Source of the DNA: a virus
Lineage: Duplodnaviria > Heunggongvirae > Uroviricota > Caudoviricetes
Virus record (IMG/VR): IMGVR_UViG_2585427743_000015
Reading direction: 5' to 3' (one strand)
DNA length: 37,170 nucleotides
In this document: in pieces, positions 1 through 7,190 of the stretch
Numbering within the stretch: position 1 is the stretch's first letter
Layout: the number at the start of each line of letters is the position of its first letter
The notes under the pieces: generated by a model
What the model saw: only the letters and a program-made list of their open reading frames with translations
The model's database searches: none
What the model was told of the DNA's origin: nothing
Translations under genes and position numbers: made by a program

Positions 1-1002
1 TTACCCTCTATTGTCAAAAGGGTTCAATTCAACAGCAGCCTCTAAATGACCTGGAGCAAAATGCGCATAACGCATAGTCATTTTTATATCGCTATGCCCC
101 AGTATTTTTTGCAACACAAGAATATTTCCGCCCCGCATCATAAAATGACTGGCAAACGTGTGACGTAGCACATGAGTTAATTGCCCATCAGGAAGCTCGA
201 TCTTCGCTCTCTTAATTGCAGCGTCAAAAGCCTCATAACATGGTGAAAATAGCGCTCCTCGTTTTTTAGGAAGCATAGCCTGCAATTGAGGTGAAATCGG
301 TACAGTGCGGTTCTTCTTTCCTTTAGTTTTAACAAATGTGATTCGACCGGGCAGTACTTGAGATTGCTTTAATCCTTCTGCTTCACTCCACCGAGCACCA
401 GTCGCAAGCCCAATACGGACAACAACCCCCAAATCTTTATTCCGTGACTCATCACACGCAATCAGAAGGCGTTCAATCTCATCTACATACAGAAACGCCA
501 GTTCCTTTTCTTCCTCACGAAACTTGCGAATACCAGTCAGGGGGTTTTCACCAGACCACTCCCCAAGGCGCTTCAGTTCGGCAAAAACAGCATGTAGATA
601 TGACTGCTCGCGATTAACGGTTGCTTCACTAAGTTTTTTCTTCCCCTTGGGATTCCATTCTCCTGATAGCCTTCTTTCCCGATAAGTAGCAAACATATTT
701 TTGTCAAACTGCGAAGCAAATGGATCTCCCAGCCTGGAACAAATCGCCTCAAGTTTGACTTTGCGCTCTGCACCAGAGGACAAGGTTTTACCGTACATCT
801 CAAACCAACGAGCAATCAACTCAGAAAGACGAGGACCAGAACCATCTTGAAACTCGTCTCCAACTCTACTATTCATTAAACGGCGCTCATAAGAGAGCGC
901 CTCACTTTTTGTCGCAAACTGTTTACGAATGCGTTTTCCCGATGCCCCGTAGGGATAACATTCGCAAAGCCATTTACCTGATGGAATCTTACGAACCGAC
1001 AT
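1..1002 (-). CDS. int: Phage tyrosine integrase (P2/186 family)
   Basis: 333-aa ORF. N-terminus 'RKIPSGKWLCECYPYGASGKRIRKQF' resembles P2-family integrases; C-terminal catalytic region 'LRHTFASHF...GHSDIKMTMRYAH' (R, H-x-x-R, Y). Stop codon is at window positions 1-3. Confidence 0.9.
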   Translation of the reverse strand: MSVRKIPSGKWLCECYPYGASGKRIRKQFATKSEALSYERRLMNSRVGDEFQDGSGPRLSELIARWFEMYGKTLSSGAERKVKLEAICSRLGDPFASQFDKNMFATYRERRLSGEWNPKGKKKLSEATVNREQSYLHAVFAELKRLGEWSGENPLTGIRKFREEEKELAFLYVDEIERLLIACDESRNKDLGVVVRIGLATGARWSEAEGLKQSQVLPGRITFVKTKGKKNRTVPISPQLQAMLPKKRGALFSPCYEAFDAAIKRAKIELPDGQLTHVLRHTFASHFMMRGGNILVLQKILGHSDIKMTMRYAHFAPGHLEAAVELNPFDNRG

Positions 1003-1007
1003 TTTAG

Positions 1008-1355
1008 TTACTTATCACATAAATCAAATGCAGCCTTAGTGACATCCCCCAGACTCTTTTTTAACCCTGGGGTGGCATCATTATCTAGCCAAAATGGATT
1101 ATTGTTATCTAACGGTAACGCACCAAATGTTTTACCTTTTATTCGAGCCAAACCTGTAAGTGCATATAACTTATTATCGTCAAAATTCATTACATAAGGA
1201 TTACCATCAAGACACTGTAATTGAACCTCATCAGTATTAAATGGCCACACCCCATTGAAACTCTCACGTTCAATGGTTTTAAAAGGCATTGCGACGGCGG
1301 AAAAAGAAAACATAGATAAAAAAGTAACTAATAGTTGAACCTTTTTAACTTTCAT
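1008..1355 (-). CDS. Hypothetical secreted protein (prophage cargo)
   Basis: 115-aa ORF with N-terminal signal peptide ('MKVKKVQLLVTFLSMFSFSAVA'), two Cys; visibly AT-rich against GC-rich phage core. Confidence 0.55.
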   Translation of the reverse strand: MKVKKVQLLVTFLSMFSFSAVAMPFKTIERESFNGVWPFNTDEVQLQCLDGNPYVMNFDDNKLYALTGLARIKGKTFGALPLDNNNPFWLDNDATPGLKKSLGDVTKAAFDLCDK

Positions 1356-1384
1356 ATCATTACCTCAATTTAGCTCAAGTAAGA

Positions 1385-2035
1385 TTACAAATTAAAAAAC
1401 GCTCTAGAAATGACACCGCCTACCAAACCCCCTACGCAGATAAAGAATATTATTTCTTTTGGATAAAGTCGGATTAATTCTGAAGCACGAAGTCGGACTT
1501 CTGGTAAGGTCGAACTCTCTGTGTGGCTTGATGCCGATTGTTGCTCTAACCACGACAATGCAGACTGTAACTGAGAACGAGTAAGATCGTTTAAACGTCC
1601 TGTACCGAAATTGATATGGCAATACCGCAGAAGTTTTTGTCGAAGTCCACAGTCTTCACTGTTACGTAGTAATAAACTTACAAGAGCCTTACAGGCATCA
1701 TGATCTTTACATCGCTCAAGCATTGCATGCAGAAAACTCTCCGCTGTTTTATATTGATTTACTGTCATATCATCAATACCAGCTACACCAATCTCCGCAT
1801 GTACTTTTTGCCAAATAATAAACGCTTCAGTATTGCTAGCTTCTGCAATAGCAGCAACCAAGCTATTTAGCTCCTTACGCTGAGCCTTAAGCAAAGGGCG
1901 ATCGTCATCATCATTATTCGAAGGGATTGCGATATTGACGGTATGAGAACCATCATATCGCTCTATCTGAATATTCTTTTCGTGAAAATCACGCCCAGCA
2001 ACGCGATTGTTTGAACCGTTTGAGTTGACGGCCAT
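1385..2035 (-). CDS. Hypothetical C-terminally membrane-anchored protein (prophage cargo)
   Basis: 216-aa ORF. C-terminal hydrophobic helix 'IIFFICVGGLVGGVISRAFF'. N-terminus 'SNGSNNRVAGRDFHE' shares a motif with the C-terminus of the adjacent repressor. Confidence 0.6.
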   Translation of the reverse strand: MAVNSNGSNNRVAGRDFHEKNIQIERYDGSHTVNIAIPSNNDDDDRPLLKAQRKELNSLVAAIAEASNTEAFIIWQKVHAEIGVAGIDDMTVNQYKTAESFLHAMLERCKDHDACKALVSLLLRNSEDCGLRQKLLRYCHINFGTGRLNDLTRSQLQSALSWLEQQSASSHTESSTLPEVRLRASELIRLYPKEIIFFICVGGLVGGVISRAFFNL

Positions 2036-2050
2036 GTCACCTCCCTACTA

Positions 2051-2455
2051 TCACCTGCCCTTAGTTTCGTTATAGTCACGACCAGCGATACGGTTATTAC
2101 CACCAGAAATATTTAACTCACGTCCTGATGGCTGAGTTTCCTTTTCACTGATCGCACCTTTTAAAGCCCCAATCACCGCGTTTTTCACATCTAACGAAGC
2201 TGCTCGAAAGCGAGTAATCAACTCCTGCTCATCATCGTTATAAGTTTCAGGTGAGTGAATTCCCAACACAACATACTGAACATCAAGGCCAAAACGAGAC
2301 AGCGCTGCCAAATACGCAGCATCAGGAAAGCTATCTCCTTTCTCATATCTAAGCTGAGTTAGCTTTTTGACTCCACCAATGTCGCTCATGGCAACTTGAC
2401 TAAGTCCCAATCTTTCCCTTTCCTCACGCAACCGCTGACCAATATCATTTTTCAT
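2051..2455 (-). CDS. Immunity repressor, XRE-family helix-turn-helix (CI/C-like)
   Basis: 134-aa ORF with N-terminal HTH 'LREERERLGLSQVAMSDIGGVKKLTQLRYEKGDS'; divergent from early operon, adjacent to int as in P2/186. Confidence 0.75.
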   Translation of the reverse strand: MKNDIGQRLREERERLGLSQVAMSDIGGVKKLTQLRYEKGDSFPDAAYLAALSRFGLDVQYVVLGIHSPETYNDDEQELITRFRAASLDVKNAVIGALKGAISEKETQPSGRELNISGGNNRIAGRDYNETKGR

Positions 2456-2464
2456 ACAAAAACC

Positions 2465-2488
2465 TTGACAGGTATCTTTTTTGATACC
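2465..2488. promoter_or_regulatory. Switch-region promoter/operator: TTGACA -35-like hexamer followed by perfect palindrome GGTATC-N6-GATACC
   Basis: TTGACA at 2465-2470; inverted repeat GGTATCttttttGATACC at 2471-2488 in the 75-bp gap between the divergent repressor and early operon. Confidence 0.4.
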
Positions 2489-2530
2489 AAAATGATTTCA
2501 CGAGCTATTAGATGATCACAATATACCACT

Positions 2531-2737
2531 ATGAAACAAGTTCTTCACGATACCAGATCACGCATTCCGCGTAACACCGCCACAGGTCCAAGACTGGCAC
2601 TTCGGCTGTCCCTCGAGGAGCGAGCCGTCATTGATGAAATGGCAGCTAAAGAACAACGCTCATCCTCTAACATGGCGCGCATGATCTTCCTTCGCGGCCT
2701 AGAACTAACCCAGAAAGAACAAAACAAATCTTCCTGA
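2531..2737 (+). CDS. Small early regulator, possible ribbon-helix-helix fold
   Basis: 68-aa ORF, first gene of early operon; 'RLSLEERAVIDEMAAKEQRSSSNMARMIFLRGLE' resembles CopG/Arc-type RHH proteins. Confidence 0.5.
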   Translation: MKQVLHDTRSRIPRNTATGPRLALRLSLEERAVIDEMAAKEQRSSSNMARMIFLRGLELTQKEQNKSS

Positions 2738-2753
2738 TCAAGAGGCTAGTGGG

Positions 2754-2957
2754 ATGTCAGGTATAACCATCAATATCAATGTGAATGCCCCCTATGTATC
2801 CCTGCAGAAATATGCAGAGATAACAGGTATCCCTCTTAATACATGCAAAAAGATGTTGGCTGACGGTCGAATTATTATCCGCCCCAAACGCGCCAAAATG
2901 GAAAAGCCTGAAGTAAACCTTGTGGCGATGTTAAAAGACGCTTTGACTAACAGCTAA
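2754..2957 (+). CDS. Cox-like DNA-binding protein (excisionase/early repressor)
   Basis: 67-aa ORF; 'VSLQKYAEITGIPLNTCKKMLADGRI' parallels the DNA-binding region of P2 Cox as remembered. Confidence 0.55.
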   Translation: MSGITININVNAPYVSLQKYAEITGIPLNTCKKMLADGRIIIRPKRAKMEKPEVNLVAMLKDALTNS

Positions 2958-2978
2958 AACAATGAACAGAGCACCATC

Positions 2979-3329
2979 ATGAAAAAAAACGCTAATAATC
3001 CATACTCCAAATTTCGTAATGGCGTAGAACGCCATGTACACCACGTCGCTACCAGTGCATCACGTAGTAACAGTCGCTATAACCTGAACGAGACGCACGC
3101 AACACCGGATGGCCACGCTGTAAAACAAATCGGCGAGCATGCCTGGCTGATTGAGAAAGCTGGAATCGTGGTCCACAAATGCCCACGCAATCCGTTTACC
3201 GGAAACCGCATTTTTGCTCTAAGCAGTGGCGACAATCAGTTCGGGCAGGATTTCACATTATACGAAGCACTTCGCACGGTTGATCGTCTGCTTCGCGGGC
3301 AAAGTTTTATTAAACAGGCTGATTTATAA
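2979..3329 (+). CDS. Hypothetical early protein
   Basis: 116-aa ORF in early operon; no recognisable motif. Confidence 0.5.
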   Translation: MKKNANNPYSKFRNGVERHVHHVATSASRSNSRYNLNETHATPDGHAVKQIGEHAWLIEKAGIVVHKCPRNPFTGNRIFALSSGDNQFGQDFTLYEALRTVDRLLRGQSFIKQADL

Positions 3330-3339
3330 CAGGTGCTTT

Positions 3340-3627
3340 ATGACCAAAGACCATGCACAAGGTGTATTTATCCGTTTTATTGATTTTCGCGGTGAACTGT
3401 TATTACGTGCATCCGCTATTGACGGAGTGACTCCGGCGGGTAAAAACGGAGCCGACGAAGCCACTTACGTTTATCTGAACGGCACGCGACTGCTTGTGGA
3501 ACTTCCGTACCAGACCGTACGAGAAATCATTAGCGAAGCTGAAAAGGCACGCCAGGTTAATGGCGATGAACCCTATATCGAAATTATTTGTATGGATTCA
3601 GAAGCTGAAATACAGAAAGCAGATTAA
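3340..3627 (+). CDS. Hypothetical early protein
   Basis: In-frame ATG at 3340 just after the preceding stop (3327-3329); the ORF-track start 3226 would overlap the upstream gene. Confidence 0.5.
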   Translation: MTKDHAQGVFIRFIDFRGELLLRASAIDGVTPAGKNGADEATYVYLNGTRLLVELPYQTVREIISEAEKARQVNGDEPYIEIICMDSEAEIQKAD

Positions 3628-3635
3628 AGGGCGTT

Positions 3636-3881
3636 GTGATGGGCAAAGAATATAAAACTCTCATTAACAAAGCACTTGAGCGTTTTTATTTTCGCTTAAG
3701 TGCATCAGGCGCTCATGCTGAACGTGCGGCCCGTGACTCATTGACCAGAGCAATCCGAAGTCTGTATGACGTAGCTTTTTACGCTGATGATCTGGATGCA
3801 CTTAACGAACTTTCCGAGCTGATCTGTGCCGCAGAATGCGGGGAACATATTGAACCGTATAAGCTGGGGAATATCGCATGA
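3636..3881 (+). CDS. Hypothetical early protein
   Basis: 81-aa ORF, co-directional and tightly packed. Confidence 0.45.
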   Translation: MMGKEYKTLINKALERFYFRLSASGAHAERAARDSLTRAIRSLYDVAFYADDLDALNELSELICAAECGEHIEPYKLGNIA

Positions 3882-3991
3882 GTATATTTATCTCATGGCT
3901 TGTTCTGATTATTTCGGTGGCCTGCGCTATTGGGATTATGCGAATTATTCATTCAATAAAAAAGATTGAGCGTTTTTTCACTGAAGAATAA
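3878..3991 (+). CDS. Putative small hydrophobic peptide (37 aa)
   Basis: ATG overlaps upstream stop (ATGA); translates to 'MSIFISWLVLIISVACAIGIMRIIHSIKKIERFFTEE', one predicted TM helix. Below the ORF-track size cutoff. Confidence 0.3.
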   Translation: MSIFISWLVLIISVACAIGIMRIIHSIKKIERFFTEE

Positions 3992-4026
3992 CAGCACAAA
4001 TAAAACACACGATTAAATAAGAAAAC

Positions 4027-4344
4027 ATGAAAACAATCCGCACTCGCGGAGGTATCCATATATATAAACACGAGGTTAGCATGCTCAGGACAAATCAAAA
4101 AATACTGAAGGATGCATATTTTGACAGGGGGCGAGATCTCGCAAAGCTTTGCGCCGCACTAAAAGAAATCAGTCAGTATTTCACTGATATTGAAGATGAT
4201 ATAGCTAACAAAGGTGCCAGTATTACATTAGCGAACAGAGCACATTTTATGGGCTTTAATGTTTTCACAGCCATAAGAACATTAAAAGAACAAAAAGAAG
4301 AAATAGAAAAGCTCAAATACAGACATAAAGCCAAGAGGGTGTAA
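4027..4344 (+). CDS. Hypothetical protein (AT-rich moron)
   Basis: 105-aa ORF, lysine-rich, in a visibly AT-rich stretch (~3880-4340). Confidence 0.45.
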   Translation: MKTIRTRGGIHIYKHEVSMLRTNQKILKDAYFDRGRDLAKLCAALKEISQYFTDIEDDIANKGASITLANRAHFMGFNVFTAIRTLKEQKEEIEKLKYRHKAKRV

Positions 4345-4547
4345 TGGCAATTAAGCATTTTCCTGTCGTTCGCTTCACCTCCAGAGACCGCGAATACGAG
4401 GTCGACGAACGACTGATTACCACTATCGACAAACATCGTTCGGAAAAGGATGCACATCACATCTATCTCACTGACGGCACTTACTTCTGCGCCACGAATG
4501 TGGTGCGGGTAAACCTTATCCGACAGGTACAGGAGTCACGCAGATGA
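4344..4547 (+). CDS. Hypothetical early protein
   Basis: 67-aa ORF, translationally coupled to neighbours. Confidence 0.45.
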   Translation: MAIKHFPVVRFTSRDREYEVDERLITTIDKHRSEKDAHHIYLTDGTYFCATNVVRVNLIRQVQESRR

Positions 4548-4810
4548 CCATTCTGGACTACATCGCTACCCATCCGGGTTGTAGCGGCGGAGAAATCGCC
4601 GCAGCACTGAATACCCCAACCACAGCCATCAATGCTGAGTTACGCCGACTCTGGCGCGGCGGCTTAGTCATCAGAACAAACCGCAGCACAGGTGGTCGCG
4701 CTCGCAAAGCAGGAGGCCAGGCTTCTTACCACGTAAACCCGATGCCGTTCGGGTGTAGCAATCCACTTACTCACATGTTTAACCTGCTACTGAAGGAAGC
4801 CAGAGCATGA
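4544..4810 (+). CDS. Hypothetical protein, possible winged-helix DNA-binding
   Basis: 88-aa ORF; 'ILDYIATHPGCSGGEIAAALNTPTTAINAELRRLWRGGLV' looks like an HTH/winged-helix. Confidence 0.45.
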   Translation: MTILDYIATHPGCSGGEIAAALNTPTTAINAELRRLWRGGLVIRTNRSTGGRARKAGGQASYHVNPMPFGCSNPLTHMFNLLLKEARA

Positions 4811-5106
4811 GCGCCATCAACCACCAGGAATTACGCGAGCTGGCGACTGACCTGCAACGAATGGCAACGCATCAAAAATTACTGGCGTTTCGCGCAATGC
4901 TCTCGCCATCTGCCGTGCTGGCACTGCTGGATGAGCTGGAGCACGCCAGAACCATGGCTCCTGCCATTCGTCTGACGCTCCATCATGAAATCAAGGATTT
5001 TTGCGCGACGCTGGAGTCACCAGGTGAATCAGAAACGCCGGAAGCAATGCAGCAGGAGCCGCTGCAACGCATCGACAACGTTTTCGATTTTTTCCTTAAC
5101 CAGTAA
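4807..5106 (+). CDS. Hypothetical early protein
   Basis: 99-aa ORF overlapping upstream stop. Confidence 0.45.
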   Translation: MSAINHQELRELATDLQRMATHQKLLAFRAMLSPSAVLALLDELEHARTMAPAIRLTLHHEIKDFCATLESPGESETPEAMQQEPLQRIDNVFDFFLNQ

Positions 5107-5117
5107 AGGACCGCGAT

Positions 5118-5321
5118 ATGAACAAAAAGACCTGGTTTCGCGCATACATGTGGGCGCTGGTATGCGTCCTCGTCTCTCTCATTCTGTATGCAGGACTACT
5201 CCCCCGAATGATTTCATCAGACAGCTCCTTCCTGGTATTGCTGGGAATTTTCATTGCCATGCTGTACCCGGCAGGCGTTGTTCGCCTTTTCAGTAAGTAC
5301 ATCAAGGAAATCAAACAATGA
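5118..5321 (+). CDS. Small membrane protein (two predicted TM helices)
   Basis: 67-aa ORF with two hydrophobic segments; immediately upstream of the SPFH lipoprotein gene with overlapping stop/start. Confidence 0.5.
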   Translation: MNKKTWFRAYMWALVCVLVSLILYAGLLPRMISSDSSFLVLLGIFIAMLYPAGVVRLFSKYIKEIKQ

Positions 5322-6148
5322 AGAAATTCAGACTCTTTCAGATTCTCCCGCTTTTTGCCGCCATCCTGCTGGTTGGTTGCGATCGCGTTGAGCCAGGTAA
5401 TGTGGGCATCAAAGTCAACAAACTGGGCGACGACAAAGGCGTCGGTGAAGTGGTTGGCGTTGGCCGCTACTGGACAGGCTGGAATACAGAGGTTTACATC
5501 TTCCCGACCTTCAAACAAATGAAGAGTTACGATGAGCCGTTCAACTTCCAGATGAGTGACGGCACAACCATCGGCTATCACATCGGCGTGGCCTACAAAG
5601 TTGATCCATCCAAAGTTACCACGGTGTTTCAGACCTACCGCAAAGGCGTGGACGACATTACCGACACTGACCTGCGCCAGAAGATCGCCGATGCACTCAA
5701 CCGACTGGCCAGCAAAATGACCACCGATAAGTTTATCGACGGTGGTAAGTCTGAACTGCTGGATTCAGCACTTAAAGATATTCAGGAAGAGATGACCCCC
5801 ATCGGTATTCAGGTCATGAGCCTCTCTTATGTCGGTAAACCGGAATATCCGCCAACCGTTATCGACAGCATTAACGCCAAAGTCACGGCAAACCAGAAAA
5901 CCCTGCAACGCGAACAGGAAGTCAAGCAGCGCGAAGCAGAAGCCAACATGTTGCGCGCAGAAGCTGCCGGACAGGCCGATGCCATTCGCACAAAAGCCCA
6001 GGCTGAAGCCGACGCCATTCGTTTACGCGGCGAAGCTCTGCGCCAGAATCCCGGCGTTATGGAGCTGGAAGCAATCAACAAATGGAACGGCACGCTGCCG
6101 CAATACATGACCAGTAACACCGCTGTTCCGTTCGTTCCCGTGAAGTAA
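5318..6148 (+). CDS. SPFH/Band-7 (prohibitin-like) domain lipoprotein
   Basis: 276-aa ORF; lipoprotein signal with lipobox 'LLVGC'; central domain and Ala/Glu/Arg/Gln-rich coiled coil ('QREQEVKQREAEANMLRAEAAGQADAIRTKAQAEADAIRLRGEA') typical of SPFH proteins. Confidence 0.7.
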   Translation: MKKFRLFQILPLFAAILLVGCDRVEPGNVGIKVNKLGDDKGVGEVVGVGRYWTGWNTEVYIFPTFKQMKSYDEPFNFQMSDGTTIGYHIGVAYKVDPSKVTTVFQTYRKGVDDITDTDLRQKIADALNRLASKMTTDKFIDGGKSELLDSALKDIQEEMTPIGIQVMSLSYVGKPEYPPTVIDSINAKVTANQKTLQREQEVKQREAEANMLRAEAAGQADAIRTKAQAEADAIRLRGEALRQNPGVMELEAINKWNGTLPQYMTSNTAVPFVPVK

Positions 6149-6315
6149 TGACACCCGGCCAGTGCAAACCGCTGGCCGGAGCAGTATCAGGATTTTTTAG
6201 TATGCCGTTCTCACAAAAAAACCGCTTGCCATGCCGCAATCAGTCAGGTTACATTTTCGCTGCACCTCATAAAACGGGTGCCGGGTTTCGCAGCCTGCTG
6301 ACAACCAAAGCGCAC

Positions 6316-6337
6316 AACCGCGCCAGCGGTTTTTTTG
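6316..6337 (+). terminator. Rho-independent terminator
   Basis: Hairpin AACCGC-gcca-GCGGTT followed by a run of T's. Confidence 0.5.
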
Positions 6338-6378
6338 TGCGTACTGTATTGCCACGTTTTTTTCGCGTCAGAATTATG

Positions 6379-6452
6379 GCGGGGCGTACGGGGCCGACTT
6401 CGGTCGGGCCGGGTTCTTTGGTTGCCGGTACTGCGAACCCCGTACGTCTCGC
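6379..6452 (+). other. GC-rich structured element (possible small RNA, RNA regulatory element or DNA structure)
   Basis: Outer 9-bp stem CGTACGGGG (6385-6393) / CCCCGTACG (6438-6446) enclosing hairpin CCGAC-TTCG-GTCGG and a CCGG/CCGG stem; lies in a ~370-bp noncoding gap. Confidence 0.3.
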
Positions 6453-6515
6453 CACCCACAGTTTCGCAGCTCTGGATGGTGAGTTTTCAAAACTTACAAC
6501 CAAAGAGGCCACACC

Positions 6516-6746
6516 ATGGCAAACCGCAAACAGCACCGCGCTATCGCGGAGCGTCGTCACATCCAGACTGAAATCAACCGCAGACTTTCCCGCGCATTCC
6601 GCGTCGCTAAAATCATGCACATCAATATGCTGCATGAGCGTAGCTGCGAACTTTCAAACCTCTACTCATCCGCTGTTTTCAGTTATCTGGCGGATGATCT
6701 GCGCGAGCTTCAGCAGCTCATCCAGCAGCAAAACAAACTCCATTAA
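6516..6746 (+). CDS. Hypothetical protein
   Basis: 76-aa basic ORF upstream of the replication gene. Confidence 0.4.
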   Translation: MANRKQHRAIAERRHIQTEINRRLSRAFRVAKIMHINMLHERSCELSNLYSSAVFSYLADDLRELQQLIQQQNKLH

Positions 6747-6818
6747 TTCCTGTTCCGGGCCTTTCCTGCACCTTGCGGCAGGAGGCCTTCGCACATCTGT
6801 AACAAGAGGATTGCCGCA

Positions 6819-7184
6819 ATGATTCTCGCCAACGACTTTCTTGAATACCTGCTCAACACAGAGCGTGATCTTGCCGTTCGCGTGCGTGAACGTTATGACA
6901 TGTACCTGAAATCCCTGCCTGTACCGCAGCTCGCTGACGGAAAGATTGTTATTGATGGTCGCTACATGATTGACAGCCACGAGGGAAATTACAGGCTTTA
7001 CCGCATTGAAGGTGGCACTCCGTCCGTTATTGGCATTTACCAGCGCCCATCCTCTGCAATCGTCGATGTGATTGCCGACAGCATCCGCATCACACATCGC
7101 TATGCCGACACAGAAGACACCGTGCTGGAAATTCAGCGGCTGGCTGCCGTTTGCCGTGACACCCTGAACGGTATGACGCAGTAA
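6819..7184 (+). CDS. Hypothetical protein upstream of gpA (gene B position)
   Basis: 121-aa ORF ending 7 bp before gpA start. Confidence 0.5.
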   Translation: MILANDFLEYLLNTERDLAVRVRERYDMYLKSLPVPQLADGKIVIDGRYMIDSHEGNYRLYRIEGGTPSVIGIYQRPSSAIVDVIADSIRITHRYADTEDTVLEIQRLAAVCRDTLNGMTQ

Positions 7185-7190
7185 ATCAGT

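Noticed and set aside
6379-6452. Possible tRNA or tmRNA in the early noncoding region
   Set aside because: Stems do not fit a cloverleaf (no D or T-loop consensus, wrong arm lengths); kept only as an unclassified structured element.
6148-6822. 224-aa plus-strand ORF
   Set aside because: Low-complexity translation (Ser runs), spans two predicted terminators and overlaps better-supported ORFs in other frames.
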